Shown: positions 55,903-64,000 of the stretch, one piece after another
Layout: each line of letters starts with the position of its first letter
Numbering within the stretch: the stretch's first letter is position 1
Source: Bugula neritina
Taxonomy: Eukaryota; Animalia; Bryozoa
NCBI GenBank assembly: GCA_964035545.1
Contig: OZ037766.1
Coordinates: 6,252,722-6,316,721 of the forward strand
Length of the DNA: 64,000 bases
Direction of reading: 5' to 3'
Position numbers and translations under genes: made by a program
The notes under the pieces: generated by a model
Databases searched by the model: none
What the model was told of the DNA's origin: nothing
What the model saw: only the letters and a program-made list of their open reading frames with translations

Positions 55903-57922
55903 CCAACTGTATTATTGATGGCCAAAAATTGTTATATAAGTGAGAAGACTTATATATTATTACCATGGTAACGACGGAAGTACGTATGTAGGTAGTTTAG
56001 TTTATGGACACATTCCCAGTCTATGTGTTATTATTTGGTCTATTGTGGCTCCAAGGGTAAAGGAAATACTGCACCATCATTTTCTTTTTTCTGCTGAGTT
56101 AATGTCATGACTCAATGCAAACTACAGTTAGCTCAGCTAGTATAATAGAAATTATGTGGCGCACTATAATAATGTGGAACCCTATATATAGTATAGCTAA
56201 ATACGTAGGCTATATATCTTTGTTGGCATTCTGTTTCTGGTGAGACAGACATGAAAACATAACACAACCACATAATCAACCACCTAAACAAATATATATT
56301 TTATTGCAAGTTAGACAACACCAAGTCTATGAAGAGACACCTAGTTGAACTTTTTAAAAATTTAAAAAATTCTACTCAAAAGAAAAATTTTTATATTTCG
56401 TTTTTAGATATTCATACAAACTATCTTTAATGTTTTATTTTTAAACAAGTGGGAAAAAATAATTCTAACTTTTTATGTCCAAGTGGGATATGATGGCATA
56501 GAAGCATGGAGTTAGCAAAAATTTTTTCTCGGATCTGGATGTTATATCACAAGGTGAGAGAGACAAACCCTCAGTCTTTAAAGATGAAGCTTCAATGGTT
56601 ATAATTAAAAAGAACCCTTAAAAAGTCTAAGAACAGAACGTAATATTGTATAGCTCATGGCCTCTGCAGCAGAGGAAGTTAATGTACCAGCTAAAACATA
56701 TTTGTAAGGTTGGCGTTGGCGTTAACCATTAGTACAATATACCTAGAGTAATGTGTTGCAACTCAATATGATATAATATATATAGTGTAATTAGTGTTGA
56801 AGCACACAAGCAAGGATGACATCATAGCTAATACAATATTATATTTATTCTTTACTTGTATAATTAGTTGCCATGTTTGTCCTAATACGCTCAGAATAAT
56901 AAAGCTAATAACTCATATTGTAAAACTAAAAAATCTCTACCTTATAGCTAACAGGAGAGTACTGTTCGTGTATATTTCAAGATAGGACATGGAAACTAAT
57001 ACCAGTATGTAATGCATTATCTTATCCACTAAAACAGGACCGATGTATTTATTAGCTATGATGTCATACCTGTTCATGTGTTGCAACACTAATTAACTAT
57101 GTATGTTATACTATATTAGGGGTTAACAACCTTTCAAATGGGTGTTGGCTTGCACTTTAGTTTTTCTGCTGCAGAGGTCATGAGCTATGCAATATTACGT
57201 TTTTTAGGACTCTTTGGGAGCACTTTTTAGTCATAACCCCTATAGAGCTAAAGACCAACGGGTCGTCTGCATCGTTTTATTGTGATACTATCTCAAAAAA
57301 GTTCTTTTGCTAACTCCATGCTTTTGTTCTATTGTGTCCATCTCACTTCAACTTAAAAACTTGGAATCATTTTTTTGCCCACATTTGTTTAAAATAACAC
57401 ATTGAGGATATTTTGCATGAGCATCTTGAAATAAATTATAGAATTTTTTTTCCATAGAAATTTTTAATATTTTTAAAAAGTTCAATTGGTTTCTCTCCAT
57501 AAACTTGGTGATACTCAGCTTAGAATAAAATATCATTTGCTATAGTTTGGGTGGTTGAGTATATGGCTGTGTTATATTTTCACATTTGTCACACCCGAAA
57601 ACAGAATTATGCAAACAAAGACATATAACCTACGTATCTAGCTATGTTATATATAGTGTTCTACTCTATAATATGCCAAATAATTTCTATCACAAAGGTC
57701 ACCGTAGTTCACAATGAGTCATATGACAAAAACTCAACATAACAAAGACAATTATAGTACTGTATTTCCTTAACATAGAGGGTCACAATAGACCAAATAA
57801 TAACATAGACACTGGGTGTGTGTTCATTAATTACTACTTACATACTTCAGTGGTTGCCATAGTGATATTATACAAGTATTTCAATTTATATAACAATTTT
57901 TGGCCAGCAATAATACAGTTGG
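55903..57922. mobile_element. Degenerate ~2-kb foldback element with ~850-bp diverged inverted arms
   Basis: Collinear reverse-complement blocks: CCAACTGTATTATTG..GGCCAAAAATTGTTATATAA (55903) vs 57885-57922; TTATTATTTGGTCTATTGTG (56028) vs ~57785; GCATGGAGTTAGCAAAA (56504) vs ~57305; ATAGCTCATGGCCTCTGCAGCAGA (56650) vs ~57165. Spacer is approx. 56770-57070. Confidence 0.75.
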
Positions 57923-58242
57923 CTCCTGCCACTTCAAGGACTAAGATGGTGAAAAACTTGTGCTTGCTAGTGGAAACCAGCCAATTAGATCAAACTCACA
58001 CTAGCTTACTACATTTTCCGCTAAGCATGTTTCCTGACTGAAAATTTGCACACAACAGCCCATATTTGGGCTAGACAGATTTTCTGCATGTAGTCCGGGA
58101 GGAGAATCTTGTCGTGTGGGCCTAGCCATAGTCTCTGTCGTACAATTTATTGTATCTATTACTAAACCACAATGTTTCTCTTATACTTATTTTTAACTAA
58201 ACTGCTAGGTTATGAGGATATACATGTATATATATATCTCAA

Positions 58243-58289
58243 TCTGTGGACAGCAGTTGTTTCGGGATTTGTCCCCTCATCAGCACAGA
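58243..58289 (-). ncRNA. Minimal type I hammerhead ribozyme, copy 1
   Basis: Minus strand: UCUGUG-CUGAUGA-GGGGACAAAUCCC-GAAA-CAACUGCUG-UC|CACAGA, i.e. stem I (6 bp), core, stem II, GAAA, short stem III and a GUC triplet. Predicted cut between 58249 and 58248. Confidence 0.88.
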
Positions 58290-58514
58290 ACAGGGTACCA
58301 TGGTCCACGCCTTCGCAATAGTTGAAACTTATAGTTTTACTAAAGCCTATTTAAAAAGTGTGTAAACCCAAGCCAGAGTGCTCAAGTGACTCTAAGGGTC
58401 ACCTAGGAGTCACGAGCATTGCAAAATGCTAGCAGCTTGAGTTTGTGACCATGGTGAGAGTGCTCAATCACTTAATGTCATTGCTGAGCATTAAATGAGA
58501 GCGTAATATCTCAA

Positions 58515-58561
58515 TCTGTGGACAGCAGTTGTTTCGGGATTTGTCCCCTCATCAGCACAAA
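58515..58561 (-). ncRNA. Minimal type I hammerhead ribozyme, copy 2
   Basis: Identical core. Stem I 5' strand is UUUGUG, which changes one C-G to a tolerated U-G. Predicted cut between 58521 and 58520. Confidence 0.88.
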
Positions 58562-58769
58562 ACAGAGTACCATGGCCCACGCCTTCGCAATAGTTGAAAC
58601 TTATAGTTTTACTAAAGCCTATTTAAAAAGTGTGTAAACCCAAGCCAGAGTGCTCAAGTGACTCTAAGGGTCACCTAGGAGTCCCGAGCAATGCTAAATG
58701 CTAGCAACTTGTGACCATGGTGAGAGTGCTCAATCACTTGATGTCATTGCTGAGCATTAAATGAGAGCG

Positions 58770-59478
<709 letters not shown>

Positions 59479-59538
59479 GTTTACGCTCTAGATTTATTTC
59501 TGTAGAGCACTCTAGTGACGTTTTATAAACACTCATTT

Positions 59539-59790
<252 letters not shown>

Positions 59791-61133
59791 TTTATAAGAG
59801 TTTTATATTATTGATAGTCTGTTAAAATTTAGAATCAACTTCCTAATGCTTTACCCGCATATTCAGTTATATAAAGTATTTCACTTTGATTTAATAATTT
59901 GTTATCATTGATATCGCTAAGCCATGACATTATAACTCAACTTGAAAAAATTAATCAACATTACATTTCTTTATGTGAAGTTGCAATGAACCAAACATCA
60001 GCACATAGACTGGCCATGTGTCACTAGTGGTTGCCATGGTAATACAAAAATCGATTTAAACTACGTATGAAAGTTACACGTTAAAGTATAACAAGCTGTA
60101 ACAACCATGATAACTTACAATTGTATTTAACAATAATAAATATTTATATAAATCAAAATGCAGAGTAATATATATTATGTCTTGTATAAAAAAAACATAT
60201 TATATGAGCACCTGTAATTCAAATTGGTTAAAGACTATGCTTAAATAAATCATTCATGATACAAAAATAAATGAAAATAAAAATGAATAAACAAACAGAT
60301 TGATACAAGGTTAAATAATCGCTGGTAAACACTCTGTTTACTTTTTGTTTGCAGGCACATTATATAAACTCTGGTAAACAATAAAATACTAAGTACGTAA
60401 ATAATTAGTCAATAGCGTGGTTATAGCTGTTATATATTTTTGTAAACTGAGATATACTTTAAAAATCTGCAAAATTTAATACAGAGACAATATTGAGCTA
60501 CCCACTAATATAAATTGACAATATACACACTGAATTACACTTCTACTGCTGTTTTGCTGTACATGCAAACTATACATACTAAAATATTGAATATTTTTTA
60601 ATACTTCAAATATATTTCTGTTTTATAAATATGCATAAACTAAATACAACTTTTAGTTCTCTCGCTCAATTTTTTTTTAAAAAATCAAAAAGCAAATTTT
60701 ATGAAAACAATTTATTAATTTATAACCCTTGATACTAATAGGATGGGTTAAGTTTTCTGGTTATTTATTATAAATGTTGAAACATTGGCCAGGGGGAGTT
60801 GGGGTGTAGTCAATATGCAGACACTTTTTTAGTAGGCTACACACTGTGTTGGGCTATATATAATAGCAGTTGCCAGTATGGCTAATTGGGGCAAACAAGC
60901 ACACAGCTCTTATAATAATGCTTCTATTGAGATAATAGTCATAACGGCTACACCAGTTTAGAATGAGCACTAAGCAATAACCAAAAAGTTAATTACAAAT
61001 TGGGCACTTATTGCAGAACATTTCTTAGTGTATACGAAGCAGTACAAGCATGTATAATTTAAACACGTTTGCGCCCACAAAGTATCTGCTAATTATTTAA
61101 AAAAAGGCAGAAGTCTAGTAATTTTTTTGGTTT

Positions 61134-63969
61134 TCAATGTCTAACTTTCGATTTAAACCATTTCTTGCCTTTTCTAATGTTTGCAGAAGTAACTAACTGG
61201 GCCAGCACTGCTGTGACTCCTTGTAATGTCATAAACACATTGAGAGCAATCCATAGGCCAGTTTGGTGAGGACCTTTAATTTCAGTGAAGAGTAGAATAA
61301 ACCAGTGAAATCCAAAAATTACTTGGAGTTTAACAATTGTAATCACTTTCTTCAAAGTTCTTTGCTTGTCATCAACAGCTATTTTATTTCCTGATTTTGC
61401 GACAATGACACTTGCTATAATGCACATGGTAATGTTTACCAACACTAATAAATATATGGGTCCAGTGAAAACTAATAGTCTTATCCACCCACGAGCAATA
61501 AAGCAAATTTGATCAGAAAACACTGGGTATAGGTTGTTGGGTTTAGCTGCATCAAGAGAGTAGGCCAATATGACAAATATGAGTGGGGTGAGCCAGGCAT
61601 ATGTAGCATAATAAACATACTTTTTCCAGCTAGATTGACTGGCAAGTTTAAGAGAAGAAATGCCTTTTATCATTAAAATTCCAACAGCATTTGTCCAGGT
61701 GTGTACAGCGATAAGGAAGTACTGAGTGCAGGAAGCAATGATCCGACAAGATATGAAAGATTTTGTCTCATTGATGAGACAGTAAAACACTAATCCAATC
61801 ATCAGTGTAATCATAGAACTTACTACAAAGTTTCCTGTCACAGTCTTTTTTAATTTTGTGAAATAATAAACAACGTAGATCAAGATGAACAGAATGGATA
61901 AAGAAGAAAAGACGTAGTCATGAGTTTCAAAAAAAAATTCTGGTACAGCAGTTTCGGTACAGATTCGTATCTCATCGTTCCACAATAAGTAGTCATTGTA
62001 ATAAGTTTGATCAGAGGTTCTCTGTAACTCACCATTTCTGCAGATTAACCAACTACTTTGATTACTTGCTAGTGAGTATTCCACGCACTGACTGTTTGAA
62101 CTGTCATTATCAAATGTTGAAAACAGAAGTTCCACGCCAAGTGAAGCCAACTTTTCCAACTGAACTCGAAAATTAAATTTAGTGGGTTCGTACGAAATTG
62201 CTAAGGAATTAAGCAGAGAAATATTTGGCATTACACTAGATCGAAATGTGGATCCCGCAGAATGTTCCCCTGTAACGTAAATGTTCCTTTCGCAGTAGGA
62301 ATCTTCTATATCAAATACATTACATCTAATCAAACTCTCTGCAGCACAATGCACACTGTTTACAAACCATTGTAACTCGAAAGATCTACCAATAAACTGC
62401 GCATACTTACGCTGACAATCATCACTGGTTACATTTTTGAAACACTGAAAACATTTATCAACTGCATTTTTGGTCGGCAAAGGCAAATATTCAAAGTCTT
62501 CTCCACAATGTTTTATTCCATGGTTTGTAATTTTAAACGTTTCTGGTTCATATCTGTTTTTCATACACTTTCCATTTACAAACGGTGTTGAGATGCAGGT
62601 TTCTGACTCCAAGTCTAGTATGCTGGAACAGTTACACTGTTTAAGGTGATGACTTATGTTTAAACAAGTGTCTAGAGTCGTGTTGAAATCACTGTATAGC
62701 AGCACAGCATCCGAATTCATGTTGCATGTTCGCTCATTCAAATCTATTTCATATATAAATAAAAACTTCATCACATCCTTCTCATACCTTAACCATCTAT
62801 CAAATGCATATTCTGATGTTCCAGTAACAACGTCATTTGGTTTAGCATCACATCCAAGCCAAGCCACACCATTACAACTAGCACAGTAGCTGTTCCTATA
62901 TTTATTCTTTAGGCCATTACTTGAAATGTTTGTCCCATAACTAGTGCGAATGCTTTCGACTAGAAAAGTATAAGATTTCTTCACTAGGTTTATCAATTCC
63001 CCACCATCATATACAAAGGAGGCAGGGCCATTAGAACACATGTCCGATATTTTCCAATGTTCAGCGTGTTTAGGACAGGAAGCTACATAGTTTGCTGCAT
63101 CAAATTTGCACCTCCGCACTGAGTCTACCAGCTCTAATGGAGGTAAATACTGCTTTATCTTGCATCTGCAACCATCGATGAAAAAACTTTAGAGATATAT
63201 TATTAATAAAATATAAAATAATTAATAATCAATTTTTATTGTAGGTCTATTTATATATATATCTATATATAAATAGGTATACGAGAAACATTGCTATTTA
63301 TTACTTTATTAGGTAAAGTAATTACACTGATATTTCGGGTACCACTGTACCCATCTTCAGAGTAGCAATGAATGAAATTCAAAAATTATTATGTTACGTA
63401 TGTTAATAATATATATAATAATTATTAATCAATTTTTATTGTAGGTCTATTTGACTTTTTACACACACGCACTCGCACACACACACACACGCACATGCAC
63501 ACACACACATATATACAGTAAATGTGCCTTTTAAAATTGAAAAGTGATAATAATTATTTTTTACTCAAAACATTGTTTAATATGTTGATGAGTCAGAACA
63601 GCTGTTACATATTATAAAGTTAGTCAAAAGTAATTTTGGGACAGTCACTAGTTGTAGGGCAGCCAAGGCTCCCTAGCTGGTAAACCAGAGACACCCTGAC
63701 TCTACTACTATACGTTGTGAAGTCAGTACGAACAAACTAAATTATATTATACTCATCTTGTTAATTTAAAAATAACTCACTCGCTGCGTTTTAGTTCTGT
63801 TACAGTTGGATTCCCTCGAAATGTATTATGAGGAGAAAATATGTTGTAGCGGAATGATCCTAGAGCAATATTGCAGTTGTCATTAATCACTTGAATGCAG
63901 CCCACGTCTATCCTCCAATAACGGATTTCTTTCACATCATTGCATATTGCACAGTATACATTAGAATAT
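61134..63969 (-). CDS. Class B-like Cys-rich GPCR, paralog B (last two exons; 5' part lies beyond the right edge)
   Basis: Exons ~63969-63781 and ~63165-61134 are collinear with exons 4-5 of paralog A. The 7TM reading frame is intact. Confidence 0.88.
63459..63512. repeat. Imperfect (CA)n microsatellite, intronic
   Basis: Directly visible. Confidence 0.85.
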
Positions 63970-64000
63970 CTATAAATATTATAAACGTGTTTCAAAGTAA

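Noticed and set aside
58095-58130. Harbinger-like terminus (GGCTAGGCCCACACGA on the minus strand)
   Set aside because: No partner end identified in the window.

Overview
AT-rich, intron-dense eukaryotic genomic DNA from an invertebrate metazoan (inferred from gene content and intron size; the species cannot be determined from the sequence). Hand-splicing across GT-AG junctions gives ten protein-coding genes, most only partly visible in the ORF track: CCDC171-like coiled-coil (-, runs off the left edge), evectin/PLEKHB-like PH protein (+), mitochondrial HSP60 (+, with a perfect 4-unit heat-shock element), DBF4 (-), RTF2 (+), DCAF15 (-), a METTL25-family methyltransferase (-), an unrecognised 640-aa protein (N-terminal TM, acidic 24/25-aa repeats, polybasic-CCC tail) (-), and two tandem Cys-rich class-B-like 7TM receptor paralogs (-). 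Mobile or repeat DNA includes a 5'-truncated CR1-group LINE, two tRNA-derived SINEs, a TTAA/Kolobok-type MITE, three long inverted repeats and microsatellites. The most striking unannotated element is a head-to-tail dimer of a ~270-bp unit inside (TA)n at 58.2-58.8 kb. Each unit carries a complete minimal type I hammerhead ribozyme on the minus strand, which fits a retrozyme or Penelope-derived self-cleaving, possibly circular, RNA. A second window-wide pattern is that cryptically simple AGT/ACT-based tracts sit beside the 5' ends of the conserved housekeeping genes. Gene identities come from remembered motifs, not database searches.
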